Source: a virus
Virus record (IMG/VR): IMGVR_UViG_3300010885_017276
Location: 1-64,000 of that record
Length of the DNA stretch: 64,000 bases
Direction: 5' to 3' (one strand)
Shown: positions 1-9,612 of the stretch, one piece after another
How the letters are laid out: every line of letters begins with the position of its first letter
Numbering within the stretch: position 1 is the stretch's first letter
The notes under the pieces: model-generated
Database searches by the model: none
The model's input: only the letters and a program-made list of their open reading frames with translations
Told to the model about the DNA's origin: nothing
Translations under genes and position numbers: made by a program

Positions 1-3
1 AAT

Positions 4-34
4 AAAAAAAGAAGAGGAGCCGAAGCCCCTCCTC
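4..34 (-). terminator. Probable intrinsic terminator
   Basis: GAGGAG...CTCCTC stem next to an A-tract (U-tract on minus strand), downstream of minus-strand ORFs. Confidence 0.45.
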
Positions 35-80
35 ACCCAACAGAAAAAGAGGAAAACCAAAAACCTCTAATCTTTATATT

Positions 81-314
81 TTAACATTCAGTAGGCGTTA
101 TAGCTAGACTTATATAAGGAGATACTGTTACTATCTCATATAAACATTGTCTGATCATGTCATTACCTGCGTTTAATACTACTGTAAACTCTAATCCATT
201 ACAGCCTATAATAACTAAATTCACAGTTTTTGTTAGGTCAGTTAGTGTTATCTCATACTCTGTACAAGGTAGCTTTATCTCTGTCTTGAATATTTGCTTT
301 TTGAAGGTACTCAT
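81..314 (-). CDS. Hypothetical protein (virion module)
   Basis: 77-aa ORF packed tightly in the minus-strand operon. Confidence 0.6.
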   Translation of the reverse strand: MSTFKKQIFKTEIKLPCTEYEITLTDLTKTVNLVIIGCNGLEFTVVLNAGNDMIRQCLYEIVTVSPYISLAITPTEC

Positions 315-316
315 TG

Positions 317-856
317 TTAGAAGGTTAAGTTACCAAATAGTTGGTATACACTAGATGATCCTATTTTTTCTATATACGCCCAATAGTGTTGTCCTAATAT
401 TTTGTATCCAACTGGTGTGTTTATTGTTGCTCCAGGTCCTGCTACAAATGTTACGACTTGATTTCCTTGTTGTACAAAGCCTACATTTATCTTACTGGTA
501 AGTATAGCTGGAACATTTATATTAACCGTTCCTGGGTCTCCATCTGGGATAATAATGGTATAGTTATTATCTAGGTTAGACAATGTATACTCATAAGTAT
601 CATCTTCGGTTCCGTAATCTAAAGTTTTTTGTAGATTATCATTACAACAGGTTTGGCTAAACTTATCACAAATGTAAGTATCTAGCTGTTGAATAAGTTC
701 TGTTAGTATTGTACCTTTTTTGATGCCGGAGCAAGCTAAATCATTTCCTGTGTACAATACACAATCAGTTGATAAGTCTTTTATTGGGCATGCACAATCT
801 GTTGTAGTACATGTACTTGTACAGATTGAAGTTGTTGTATTTCCGCAGTTACACAT
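317..856 (-). CDS. Cys-rich putative tail/fibre-associated protein
   Basis: N-terminal Cys-rich segment with CVLYTGNDLACSGIKKG..LTELIQQLD; beta-rich C-terminus. Confidence 0.6.
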   Translation of the reverse strand: MCNCGNTTTSICTSTCTTTDCACPIKDLSTDCVLYTGNDLACSGIKKGTILTELIQQLDTYICDKFSQTCCNDNLQKTLDYGTEDDTYEYTLSNLDNNYTIIIPDGDPGTVNINVPAILTSKINVGFVQQGNQVVTFVAGPGATINTPVGYKILGQHYWAYIEKIGSSSVYQLFGNLTF

Positions 857-867
857 ATCTTATAGTT

Positions 868-1143
868 TTATGGTGCACAACAAGCAATTAAGTCTGCTTG
901 TAATGTTGCTATTGCTGATGATTGAAGACCTACTTCTGTTTCTAAGGTAGTTATTCTACTGTCTTGTGCTTGAAGTTCTGCTACTAAGGCATTGATTACT
1001 TCTAATAGTGTGCTATTGGCTGTTAGGCCTAGATAAGTAATGCTAGGTACATGTATAGTACACGTTGTAGGTGTGGTTATACCATTGCAAGGTGCTGGGT
1101 CCTGATTTAATACAGGTACGTTTGTTTGACTACAAGTTGCCAT
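868..1143 (-). CDS. Small Cys-containing coiled-coil virion protein
   Basis: TTCTIH..ITYLGL..NSTLLEVINAL resembles the motif in 317..856; C-terminal heptads. Confidence 0.55.
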   Translation of the reverse strand: MATCSQTNVPVLNQDPAPCNGITTPTTCTIHVPSITYLGLTANSTLLEVINALVAELQAQDSRITTLETEVGLQSSAIATLQADLIACCAP

Positions 1144-1145
1144 AA

Positions 1146-1595
1146 TTAAGGTGTTGCTATTTGAGTTAATATATATTGTAAAGTTTCTCCTAAAGTTGTT
1201 ATAGGATTAAGACAGTCATCTACTCCTAAGTCTGTAAAATTACATCCTGTAATATCTATATTACAGATAGCTGTATCTTCTAACACTTTTACTCTATCTC
1301 TAAGTAAACAAATTTCCTCTTCGTATTTTATTAATACATTTTTTACAATTGTTTTTCCCCCCTCTTGAACATACGATAGACAATCTTCTCCTAATGCTGA
1401 TAAATCTATCTCATCTTTTATTTCACCTATAAGTGTATAAGTGTCATCTGTAGTCTCTTCCAAAGTTACACATCCACCAGCTTCTACTAATGAAGATAGC
1501 CCAGAAAAAACTGGTACGTTTTCTTCATAATACACACATGTAGCGTAAACTTTTTCACCGCATGTATTTTTTACTTTATTTCCACAATTTTTCAT
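1146..1595 (-). CDS. Cys-rich putative tail-associated protein
   Basis: ATCVYYEE..CVTLEE motif related to neighbours. Confidence 0.6.
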   Translation of the reverse strand: MKNCGNKVKNTCGEKVYATCVYYEENVPVFSGLSSLVEAGGCVTLEETTDDTYTLIGEIKDEIDLSALGEDCLSYVQEGGKTIVKNVLIKYEEEICLLRDRVKVLEDTAICNIDITGCNFTDLGVDDCLNPITTLGETLQYILTQIATP

Positions 1596-1726
1596 CCTTG
1601 GCCTCGATTTAATTTTTTATAATTTTTTGAACTTTTTAGTTTTGATGTTCCGCTTTTAGAGTGGACTCCAGGTCTTCTTACTTTAGGCTTTGACTCAAAG
1701 CTTGTACTGTTTGTTTTTGCCGCCAC
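1592..1726 (-). CDS. Small basic protein (possible DNA-condensing/core peptide)
   Basis: GTG start at 1726 gives 44 aa: AAKTNSTSFESKPKVRRPGVHSKSGTSKLKSSKNYKKLNRGQG, K/R/S-rich. Confidence 0.55.
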   Translation of the reverse strand: MAAKTNSTSFESKPKVRRPGVHSKSGTSKLKSSKNYKKLNRGQG

Positions 1727-1728
1727 TT

Positions 1729-2088
1729 CTAGAATATAAAGGTTGCTAATAATGCTCCAAGTATTCCTCCATAGCTTCCAAAGTGTACATCTCCCCAATC
1801 AAATGGTGCACCGTACAAATCTTCATATAGTAACTCTCTCAAGAAGTTAACTCCGAATGCTCCAAATCCTCCTACGAATAAATGGAACCAAAATGGTGTT
1901 CCGGCTAGATTAAGAAAGGTTAATAGCACGTACATTGAAGGTAGGGTCAATAAGAATGAATAACCTAGATGTAGGTGATATCTATTCTTGATAAACAGAG
2001 GTGTAAAGATATACTTGACATCTGTAATGTATTTTAGTAGTCCTGATTTTACTACTTCGCAAATTGGGCAAATGTTTTCTAATTTCAT
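1729..2088 (-). CDS. Hypothetical membrane protein
   Basis: Several hydrophobic segments in a 119-aa ORF. Confidence 0.6.
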   Translation of the reverse strand: MKLENICPICEVVKSGLLKYITDVKYIFTPLFIKNRYHLHLGYSFLLTLPSMYVLLTFLNLAGTPFWFHLFVGGFGAFGVNFLRELLYEDLYGAPFDWGDVHFGSYGGILGALLATFIF

Positions 2089-2096
2089 TTTATTAT

Positions 2097-2423
2097 TTAT
2101 TTAAAGGGTTGTTCTTCTATTACGTTTGTTGGGTTCTGTTTTGCTAGTATTTCTAAATCTAGATTATGTTTTAGTGCAGGTACATCCAATAATTCTGTAA
2201 GCCAATCCTCCACAATTAACTGTGTTAGATCTTCATATAGTACAAAATCTTGAGGGTCCGGTTCATTTAGTTTTTGAGCTCCGTACACATTTGATTTGTA
2301 TATCTTATCTCCTACTTGCTCTTGGGCATCTAGCTTCCAATGAACTTGTCTGACTACCTTTTTAAGATTGCCTACTTGCGAATCATAGTCTAATGCTTTT
2401 ATATTCCAAGTATAGGTTATCAT
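2097..2423 (-). CDS. Tail-fibre-associated small protein
   Basis: YTWNI...VHW...FVLYEDLTQLIVEDWL pattern typical of small ORFs following phage fibre genes. Confidence 0.55.
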   Translation of the reverse strand: MITYTWNIKALDYDSQVGNLKKVVRQVHWKLDAQEQVGDKIYKSNVYGAQKLNEPDPQDFVLYEDLTQLIVEDWLTELLDVPALKHNLDLEILAKQNPTNVIEEQPFK

Positions 2424-2427
2424 TTTT

Positions 2428-2679
2428 TTAATAAGTTAATATAGTTATGTTTTTGTCTGTTGCTACACAATTCTCAACCCAAGTGTTATCTGTTCCCCAT
2501 TCTGTAAACTCTTCGTCTGTTAACGTGTAGTTCCAGCTAGTGCAAACTAAACCTTCTTCGGTCAATAGTTCATTGTAGGTTGTGCAGGTTGTTGCGTCTG
2601 TTTGAAAGTTTAAGATTAAAACTTTTAGTTTAGTAGCTTCTCCTGTAAAGGGAAAATCAATAGGTTTAATTTGTGCCAT
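2428..2679 (-). CDS. Tail-fibre-associated small protein
   Basis: 83-aa ORF with LTDEEFTEWGTDN motif, directly after the fibre gene. Confidence 0.55.
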   Translation of the reverse strand: MAQIKPIDFPFTGEATKLKVLILNFQTDATTCTTYNELLTEEGLVCTSWNYTLTDEEFTEWGTDNTWVENCVATDKNITILTY

Positions 2680-2693
2680 TTATTTATTTATTA

Positions 2694-3770
2694 TTATCCT
2701 ATGAATGTCCACCCTGTGGATTTGTTTATATATAAGCCTTCTACCATATCGGTGCAATATACCATTAATCCAACTGCAGGAGTTGCTATTGCTAGCCTTT
2801 GTGCGTTTGTCATTCTCGGTGGTATATCTGCTAATGTGATAAAAGGATTTACTCCGTCTTCACCATCATTAGTCAACTGAGAGGTACTTGTAGGTATAAG
2901 TGATACTACATCTGTCCATTCTGTACCTGTTACTGTAGACATCAAGAAGTCTCCGTTGTTACCCTCAAAATTGTTTGAGTCGTAAAAGGAGTCATCTAGT
3001 CTGAAGCTTCCTGCTACATGTAGTCTTTGTGTTGGTAAGGTTGTGCCTAGGCCTAAGTTGCCATTTGCAAGTAGTCTCATCATCTCTGTTACAGATCCCC
3101 AGCTAAACAATGGCCTAGATGATGGATTTGTTAAGACTCCGTTATTAGGATCTGTTGGGCTGCTTGTGTTTGCGGCTAGGTATTGGATATACGGAGAAGA
3201 AGACGACAGATCATCTGCGGATTTACCTAATCCTCTGAATAGTAAAGCTTGGTAGCCTCCTTCTGTATATCCTACGTGTGTAGGTATAAATCTTCCGTTT
3301 GTTGTTGTGCCGTTTGCTATAAAAAACTTGTCTACTGCGTTGTCTGATACAGTTGCTGCGTAGATGCTTTCTCTTCCCCCCGTAATTGCCGTGGCTTGTC
3401 CATGTATTAGAGCAAGTGGCGTTGTTGTTCCTATTCCTATCTTACTCGTGGCTTCGTACATTATACTGTTGCCTACGGTGTTGTTAGAAGTGAACTTTGT
3501 TATGTAGTTTGTTGTGCCGTTTATTGCAGTAGCAAGGTTGGCGTATGTGATATATCCTACGTTATTGAAAAGTAATGATATATTGTCTCCCGGTTGGAGT
3601 GATCCTGTGTTTAGATCTATTAATGGAAATGGTAATCCTCCCTGATCTGTAATGTATGTCTTTATCTGAGTGTCAAATGTAGCTTTGACATAATATACAG
3701 TATTAGGTCTTAGGGTAGAAGATAAAGTTTTTACTTTATAATGCTTAACCTCTGATAGATTATCACTCAT
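2694..3770 (-). CDS. Tail fibre/spike-like protein
   Basis: IGIGTTTP and GNLGLGTT.P..RLHVAG fibre repeats; C-terminal PRMTNAQRLAIATPAVGLMVY motif; T/G/N-rich. Confidence 0.7.
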   Translation of the reverse strand: MSDNLSEVKHYKVKTLSSTLRPNTVYYVKATFDTQIKTYITDQGGLPFPLIDLNTGSLQPGDNISLLFNNVGYITYANLATAINGTTNYITKFTSNNTVGNSIMYEATSKIGIGTTTPLALIHGQATAITGGRESIYAATVSDNAVDKFFIANGTTTNGRFIPTHVGYTEGGYQALLFRGLGKSADDLSSSSPYIQYLAANTSSPTDPNNGVLTNPSSRPLFSWGSVTEMMRLLANGNLGLGTTLPTQRLHVAGSFRLDDSFYDSNNFEGNNGDFLMSTVTGTEWTDVVSLIPTSTSQLTNDGEDGVNPFITLADIPPRMTNAQRLAIATPAVGLMVYCTDMVEGLYINKSTGWTFIG

Positions 3771-3800
3771 TTTTGGTTTGTTTTTTTACTGTTCTTTTTT

Positions 3801-4145
3801 CTACCACTGGATATCAGCCCAGTTGCAGCAACTTGATATATTAGATGAATCGTCACATCCGTAAGGTTCATCGTATATCTTGAAATCTTCTAGTTTAGAT
3901 CTGTACTTAACTCCTTCTAGATCTCCGTTTATTTTTTTAGATACCCAGTCAATCAACTCACATTCGTCCGTACAAAGTATATTGTAGAACATCTGAGAGT
4001 GTCTTAGTTTATCCTTGTCTACATCTTGGCCTATTCCAAATTTTTTGTTTAGGTAGTACAAGTCTGCATATCTTAGCAAGTCATCTTCAAACTTATCGAA
4101 GTAGTTTTCTTGACTTAGCTCTCTAAAATTTTGTTGTCCGGCCAT
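3801..4145 (-). CDS. Hypothetical protein (virion module)
   Basis: ORF with probable ATG at 4145 overlapping the upstream stop. Confidence 0.6.
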   Translation of the reverse strand: MAGQQNFRELSQENYFDKFEDDLLRYADLYYLNKKFGIGQDVDKDKLRHSQMFYNILCTDECELIDWVSKKINGDLEGVKYRSKLEDFKIYDEPYGCDDSSNISSCCNWADIQW

Positions 4146-4693
4146 TATAAGCAATCTTTACAGTCAGCCAATGATTTCAAAAGCTCTCTGGCTTGTTGAA
4201 AGAATCTATCAGCTTTTACGAAATCTCCTAATTTTGCGTGAGACTTAGCTACTTTGATTAGCCAGTCAATATCGTATATTTTATTTCTAAAATCTTTGTC
4301 TGATTTAGAATACTCAAATCCGTGTTTTACAATTACTTTAGATAGCTCTAACTCTGCACGGTCTGTCTTTAGATAGTACTTTGTTTTTTCAAAGTTTGTG
4401 TATCCACTCTTTAAGGTGATAGTATATATACCGTCTTGTAAGTCTGAGTATACTTCGTCTGTACAATCATTTGTAAGACAAGTTATTCCAAAGTTGTGAC
4501 TGTTAAAAGAGTTTATAGAGTTCTTCAAAAAAGAATACACTAATGCTTTCTTAGATCCGGGCAATATTATTTCAATGTTAGCCGGTAAATCTTCTGCATA
4601 TATCCAATCGCTACTATCTCCAATCCACAATGTTTGTACAGTTGACTGTATAACATCAAAGTCTATTTTTATTTCTCCTACTACTTGTGTCAT
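4145..4693 (-). CDS. Hypothetical structural protein
   Basis: 182-aa ORF with LQDGIYTITL beta motif and helical C-terminus. Confidence 0.6.
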   Translation of the reverse strand: MTQVVGEIKIDFDVIQSTVQTLWIGDSSDWIYAEDLPANIEIILPGSKKALVYSFLKNSINSFNSHNFGITCLTNDCTDEVYSDLQDGIYTITLKSGYTNFEKTKYYLKTDRAELELSKVIVKHGFEYSKSDKDFRNKIYDIDWLIKVAKSHAKLGDFVKADRFFQQARELLKSLADCKDCL

Positions 4694-4709
4694 GGTTTTT
4701 TATTTTTAA

Positions 4710-5384
4710 TTAGTTGTATACTCTGATTTCGATTGGTGTGTTGTTTAACTGATTATTCGCATCTGTTTGACTAGGGCCTTGTGTTAAAATAAAAAAATAA
4801 CTACCCGAAAGCCTTAAAAATCCATAAGAAACACCTGCAGCGTCATCTCCAACAGAACCTAAAAAACCAACAGTTTTACCAACTGGAAAAAAAGATTCTG
4901 GCTCTGAAGAAACTTGATAATAACCCACAACATTATAAGCAAACCAAATATTCCCAATAGTATTTTCTAACACTGTTACTACTGGAGCTCCTGTGTTGTA
5001 AGATAAAAGAACTGATGGATCACTCCCCCAATTAGGAGATGTCCCTGTAGCTACAAAATAAGTTCCAATACCATTATTTGGTGCGCCTACATTCATAAAA
5101 TTAGCACTATGCGAATTTTCTATTCTATAGGTAACGCCTATTGTAAGTTCTCCTGAACTAATTGTTTGCACATCATCCCCACCACTCTGTGTAAGAAGAG
5201 CTGTGTACACTTTGTATGGTGGTAAATCTGAAGCTTTTGTAAATGGATCTATTCCTGTGTTTGTAAAATCTGCTAAGTCATAGTCTGCAGCGTTAATAGG
5301 ATTGTCCTCTAATTCTTTTACTCGTTCTGGTAATCTAAACCAACTAGCTGTAGTTGGTAACGGAAATTTTAAATAATTTTTCAT
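4710..5384 (-). CDS. WFRLPERV-leader fibre/decoration-like protein A
   Basis: Starts MKNYLKFPLPTTASWFRLPERVKELED; ends PIEIRVYN like 20322..21134. Confidence 0.7.
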   Translation of the reverse strand: MKNYLKFPLPTTASWFRLPERVKELEDNPINAADYDLADFTNTGIDPFTKASDLPPYKVYTALLTQSGGDDVQTISSGELTIGVTYRIENSHSANFMNVGAPNNGIGTYFVATGTSPNWGSDPSVLLSYNTGAPVVTVLENTIGNIWFAYNVVGYYQVSSEPESFFPVGKTVGFLGSVGDDAAGVSYGFLRLSGSYFFILTQGPSQTDANNQLNNTPIEIRVYN

Positions 5385-5386
5385 AT

Positions 5387-5812
5387 TTAGCAAATATCTA
5401 TTCCTGTGAATTGTACTCCGTCATAAACTAATTCTGTGCATGTTGTATATGCTAATATGCTTATACTATTTTCTAAATCCCCACATGCTACTGGATTTAC
5501 ATTACCTCCTGTTGATATAATAATAGTGCCTGAATCTGATTTGGCCATAATGTATACTCTATTACCTTTTAAAATTGAAGACCCCGGTAACAAATTTAAA
5601 TTAAAATTATCTGTTAATGGTCCATCAAATGAAACTACTGTATCTATAGAAGATATTGTTATATTTATATCTTGATTAAATGAAGGTACTGGTATTGTTA
5701 TAATTTCTCTACTATATGAAGATACTAACATATCTTCTAGTGCTTTTACTCTTTCAGGTAGCCTAAACCACGTTGCTGTAGTTGGTAATGGAAACTTCAA
5801 ATAATTTTTCAT
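5387..5812 (-). CDS. WFRLPERV-leader fibre/decoration-like protein B
   Basis: Starts MKNYLKFPLPTTATWFRLPERVKALED, then a short beta-rich domain. Confidence 0.7.
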   Translation of the reverse strand: MKNYLKFPLPTTATWFRLPERVKALEDMLVSSYSREIITIPVPSFNQDINITISSIDTVVSFDGPLTDNFNLNLLPGSSILKGNRVYIMAKSDSGTIIISTGGNVNPVACGDLENSISILAYTTCTELVYDGVQFTGIDIC

Positions 5813-5813
5813 A

Positions 5814-6443
5814 TTATTTTTTTATTTCAAATATTTTTACTTTGGCTCCTATGTAGTAGTTGCTTCTTGTGTCTGCTCCTATTGTAAGGATTGTGCCCTT
5901 TTTGTTTTGTATTCCTACGTCCGCCTTTACTCCTAGGTTGCTTAATGTTTGGTTGTTGAATAATTCTAACCCCCCATACAAAGCAAGGACTGTTTGTGGA
6001 ACTGGTATGTCTGCTTTTACTTCGGTTTCTTTTATAGTGTACTTAGGTTTTACCTCTATAATTTCTCCTCGGTACTTTGTGTAAATTTCTAATTTTAAAT
6101 CTTTATTATCGTACACGTAGGTGCCATCTTTTTCTTGTATGGCATCTAAGTATAGTTTTAATCTTTTAATGCTGTCAGTAGCTTTTAAATAGTCTTCAGC
6201 GAGTTGTTTGTTTATAGGATTCTCTGTGTAAATTGTTTTACCGTCTTTATAGACAATAGAGTCCTTTTTCTTTTCCCCCGGAATAATATTCGTAGGCTTA
6301 TCAAACTGTCCCTCTTTTGCTGGAACTTTTATTGTCACTGGAATAGTGGTCTTAGGTTCAGCACATTGTTTTACTAATGTAAACAAGTAGATGATCGCAA
6401 AGATCCCTACTACATATAATACATTTGTTAAAGGCTTAGGCAT
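5814..6443 (-). CDS. Putative spanin-like lysis accessory protein
   Basis: N-terminal TM followed by Cys; C-terminal amphipathic beta strands; follows holin and endolysin. Confidence 0.45.
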   Translation of the reverse strand: MPKPLTNVLYVVGIFAIIYLFTLVKQCAEPKTTIPVTIKVPAKEGQFDKPTNIIPGEKKKDSIVYKDGKTIYTENPINKQLAEDYLKATDSIKRLKLYLDAIQEKDGTYVYDNKDLKLEIYTKYRGEIIEVKPKYTIKETEVKADIPVPQTVLALYGGLELFNNQTLSNLGVKADVGIQNKKGTILTIGADTRSNYYIGAKVKIFEIKK

Positions 6444-6984
6444 TTAATAATTTTTTATATTTTGCTAATAATTCTTTTCTATGGTCGATACCATTTGTAC
6501 CACCATTAATTTTTTCAGTTACTGTCAAAACATCGTCTTTGTCAGCTGGAGCATTTAGTTTTTTCTTGTCCCAAAACCATAATGCAGCAACCATAGCGTT
6601 TGCTTCTTCTAGTAATAGATCCGGATTGTTTACAAAATCTATACCGGTATCTTTTGTTAATGTTGAGTAGTTAGTTTTACCTGTAAGTTGTATGAAACCT
6701 CTTCCACGATATTTCCAACCATCTCCTGGAGAAGTGTTCCCCATTCTATTTGCATAAACTATATTAGCTATTGATTGAGGTTTTCTCTCACAAGCTAGTG
6801 CTGTCTCTTTTGTAAAGTATTTTTTAAATGTTTTTAGAAGGCCCTCAGCTGAATAGTTCAGGTTTTCTGATATTGCCTTTAGTCCACTCTCGTGCTCAAT
6901 CTGAGCCATAAAGTGTGCCAGTCTTAGTGGTGTGTTTACAGAGTACTTACTTAATAAACTTTTGTATTTTTCGTATAAGGCCAT
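6436..6984 (-). CDS. Endolysin, glycoside hydrolase family 19
   Basis: RLAHFMAQIEHES, YANRMGN, GDGWKYRGRGFIQLTGKTNY, INGGTNG motifs. Confidence 0.92.
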   Translation of the reverse strand: MALYEKYKSLLSKYSVNTPLRLAHFMAQIEHESGLKAISENLNYSAEGLLKTFKKYFTKETALACERKPQSIANIVYANRMGNTSPGDGWKYRGRGFIQLTGKTNYSTLTKDTGIDFVNNPDLLLEEANAMVAALWFWDKKKLNAPADKDDVLTVTEKINGGTNGIDHRKELLAKYKKLLNA

Positions 6985-6989
6985 ACCTG

Positions 6990-7418
6990 CTACTTTAGTA
7001 CATCTACATCGTCTTTTATCTCTTTGGATCTTTTCAAGAAAGCTTTCAGTAGTTTGAATATATCTACATTAAAAGACTCCTCGAAGTTCTCTTTTATACT
7101 AACAGACTCTATAAATATTAATATTATTGTTACTACTTTGGTAAAAAAGAATGGTATTGAAAACCACATTTTAAAAAACTCGCCTAACAGAAAATTATCA
7201 ATAGTGTATATTAACAATACAGCTGATTGATATAGTACAAATTTTGAAACTATATTGCTTAACTTCCTAGAAGTTATTTTTTGTTTTAATTTTACAGCCT
7301 TAGATATACCAAATACGGTATCTAATGCTATAGCAGTCGCTACTGAGATTAATAGGCCTTGTATAGGTGCGAAAAATAATAGAAGGGTTGTAAGAAAATA
7401 AGCCAGATGAGTCTTCAT
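6990..7418 (-). CDS. Holin (phage holin 4-like)
   Basis: TM segments, DTVFG..KA...ITSRKL and IESVSIKENF motifs; directly upstream of endolysin. Confidence 0.8.
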   Translation of the reverse strand: MKTHLAYFLTTLLLFFAPIQGLLISVATAIALDTVFGISKAVKLKQKITSRKLSNIVSKFVLYQSAVLLIYTIDNFLLGEFFKMWFSIPFFFTKVVTIILIFIESVSIKENFEESFNVDIFKLLKAFLKRSKEIKDDVDVLK

Positions 7419-7444
7419 TTATTCTTCTTTTAAAAAGTTATATA

Positions 7445-7474
7445 AAAAAAGGAGGAGTGTTTTGCTCCTCCTTT
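7445..7474 (-). terminator. Intrinsic terminator (possibly bidirectional)
   Basis: AAAAAAGGAGGAG-tgttttg-CTCCTCCTTTT. Confidence 0.8.
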
Positions 7475-7487
7475 TAGTTTTTTATTA

Positions 7488-9467
7488 CTATAGTATTCCG
7501 TATGCGAATACTTGGTCTAAATTTGCAGCGTCTGCTAGATCGTTGATCAAGTTTTCAACAGCTACGTAGTTACAAGCGTCAACTAAGATATGGTAGTCAA
7601 AGTTTTCAACAACCTCTCCTGAGAATGATTGTGCGAATCTTGTAGTTCTTACTCGGATTACATAGTCAACATATTGAGTCAATGGTTTCAAGTGAGATTC
7701 TTGACCTAATACTAACTTACCATAGTTGTTACCTGCCAATCGTTGACGATTTTCAAAGTATACTCTAGTACGCTCTTCCATGTCGTAGAATTGACCTCCC
7801 ATTGCTTCTGGCTCAGTAGCGATTGAAAGTAATTTTACGTTGAATCTACCGTTAGTACCCATTGAGAATGATTCAGTTACCATTCCAGGTGCTTGGTTAG
7901 CGATAGATAATCTTGTAGAACTGTATACGAATGGTAGACTATCTCTGTATTCTTCTGAACCAGCCAAGATGTTTACTTTACTTTTTATAAAGATACCCAT
8001 CAAAGCTTCTTCATCATATACTGGAGCTTCTTCAACCCAGTGTACAAATCCAACTGGTACAGGTGGTTCTGTTACGAATAGGTCTCTCAACAATGGAGAA
8101 CACTCTTCACATACTACTTCAGAGAACACTACAGTTTTGTAAACTGTTTGACATGCTACTCCTGTTACTGGAGTACCTTCTTCTTGTTGCTCAATTCCAT
8201 CATTTCCATCATATAATGTACCTGATCCTACTAAAGAGCTTACTGCTTCTATAGTTCCAACAAATAGTAATTCAGACCCTGGAGAAGTTACAACTAATCC
8301 AGTAGTGGCTAAGATAGCAGCAGCGTGGTTAGTTACAAAATCATCAGCTGTTTGTGACAAACTTGTGTTGTAAGCTGTAGTGTAAGATGTAGATCCTAAA
8401 GTTACTATGATACTTCCTGTTGATCCAGCTAGGTATATAGAATCTTGATAATCTGCACCTGTTGCATCAATAAAGATGTTCAAATCTTGATTAGCATTTT
8501 CTACCTCTCCAAGACGACTACCATTACAGTCATCTCCTAATTGTAAAGTGAATACTTTAGGTTTTGCAACACAAGTTTCGCCTGCTGACCAAGTAATTGT
8601 TCTTGTAATTGAGCTACAATCTGGTGAACCGCAGTCTCCATCTTGTACTGTTGTAGTTTGTACAAAGTTAGAAAGAGTTGTACCTAACGGTGCTAAGATA
8701 ACATAGGTTGAAACACCTGCGTTACCTGCTCCAGGAATATAAGATTCTCTCTTAACTAAATGGTCTGGATAAGCAGCTTGTACTAATCCTAATGCTGTGT
8801 GGTTTCCATTATCTTGTACTTTTAAAGTAAAGAATTGGTGAGCTTGACCTAACACAGAAGTTGTGTTTGTGCTGTTTACTGGAGTAATAGTAAGATACTC
8901 AGTGATAGGCACTCCACCTACTAATGTAATATCTTTCAATCTCAATACTGCTTTTTCAACAATTTCGTGCATTGTAAAAGTTCCAGTGTTTGGAGCTTCT
9001 AAGTGCAATTTAACTGTTACTGTTGCTCCAGGATATCCTAACATCCCGATAGCTTCTCCTGATAAGGTAATGTCAATTACTTCATTATCTCCGTTAGTTA
9101 GAACAATTGCAGTATCTGCATTGATTCCATCATAACCGATGATAAATTCGTCAACTGTAATACCCACTTGAGGAGCGTTTACTTTAATGTCAACGATCTC
9201 AGACAATTTGAAAGGCATAGAAGAGTATGCTTTGTTTGATTGAGAACGTGTTGGAGTTAAAGGTGCGATACCTAATTTTAACTCAAATAATCTGTTTTTT
9301 GGAGTTGAAGAAAAAGTGTTTACTACAGGCATACCTAATGCTGTTGGTGAACCTCCTTTATCAACAATACCAAACTGACCTTTAGCTAATCGAGTAGAGT
9401 AGCCATTTGTCATAACTTGACCATCGCTTACTACGAAGGTAATTGTTTGTGGTGCGTGACTTGCCAT
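7488..9467 (-). CDS. Abundant structural protein (auxiliary capsid/decoration-like)
   Basis: 659 aa; codon bias like the MCP; strong terminator behind it; position downstream of MCP in crAss-like order. Confidence 0.55.
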   Translation of the reverse strand: MASHAPQTITFVVSDGQVMTNGYSTRLAKGQFGIVDKGGSPTALGMPVVNTFSSTPKNRLFELKLGIAPLTPTRSQSNKAYSSMPFKLSEIVDIKVNAPQVGITVDEFIIGYDGINADTAIVLTNGDNEVIDITLSGEAIGMLGYPGATVTVKLHLEAPNTGTFTMHEIVEKAVLRLKDITLVGGVPITEYLTITPVNSTNTTSVLGQAHQFFTLKVQDNGNHTALGLVQAAYPDHLVKRESYIPGAGNAGVSTYVILAPLGTTLSNFVQTTTVQDGDCGSPDCSSITRTITWSAGETCVAKPKVFTLQLGDDCNGSRLGEVENANQDLNIFIDATGADYQDSIYLAGSTGSIIVTLGSTSYTTAYNTSLSQTADDFVTNHAAAILATTGLVVTSPGSELLFVGTIEAVSSLVGSGTLYDGNDGIEQQEEGTPVTGVACQTVYKTVVFSEVVCEECSPLLRDLFVTEPPVPVGFVHWVEEAPVYDEEALMGIFIKSKVNILAGSEEYRDSLPFVYSSTRLSIANQAPGMVTESFSMGTNGRFNVKLLSIATEPEAMGGQFYDMEERTRVYFENRQRLAGNNYGKLVLGQESHLKPLTQYVDYVIRVRTTRFAQSFSGEVVENFDYHILVDACNYVAVENLINDLADAANLDQVFAYGIL

Positions 9468-9507
9468 TTTAATTTAATTTAGTTGTTATTTTTGTTATTA
9501 ATTTTTA

Positions 9508-9600
9508 TTAACATTTACCGCCCTTTTTCATCATGGGCATTTTTGAACTTGCTGGTTTTTTCATAGCAGGTTTAACTGTTTTTTTTACTGTTTTTTTCAT
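9508..9600 (-). CDS. 30-aa Lys/Met-rich micro-protein
   Basis: Manually translated MKKTVKKTVKPAMKKPASSKMPMMKKGGKC*; fills the gap, A-rich leader. Confidence 0.6.
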   Translation of the reverse strand: MKKTVKKTVKPAMKKPASSKMPMMKKGGKC

Positions 9601-9612
9601 TTTATTTTTTAT

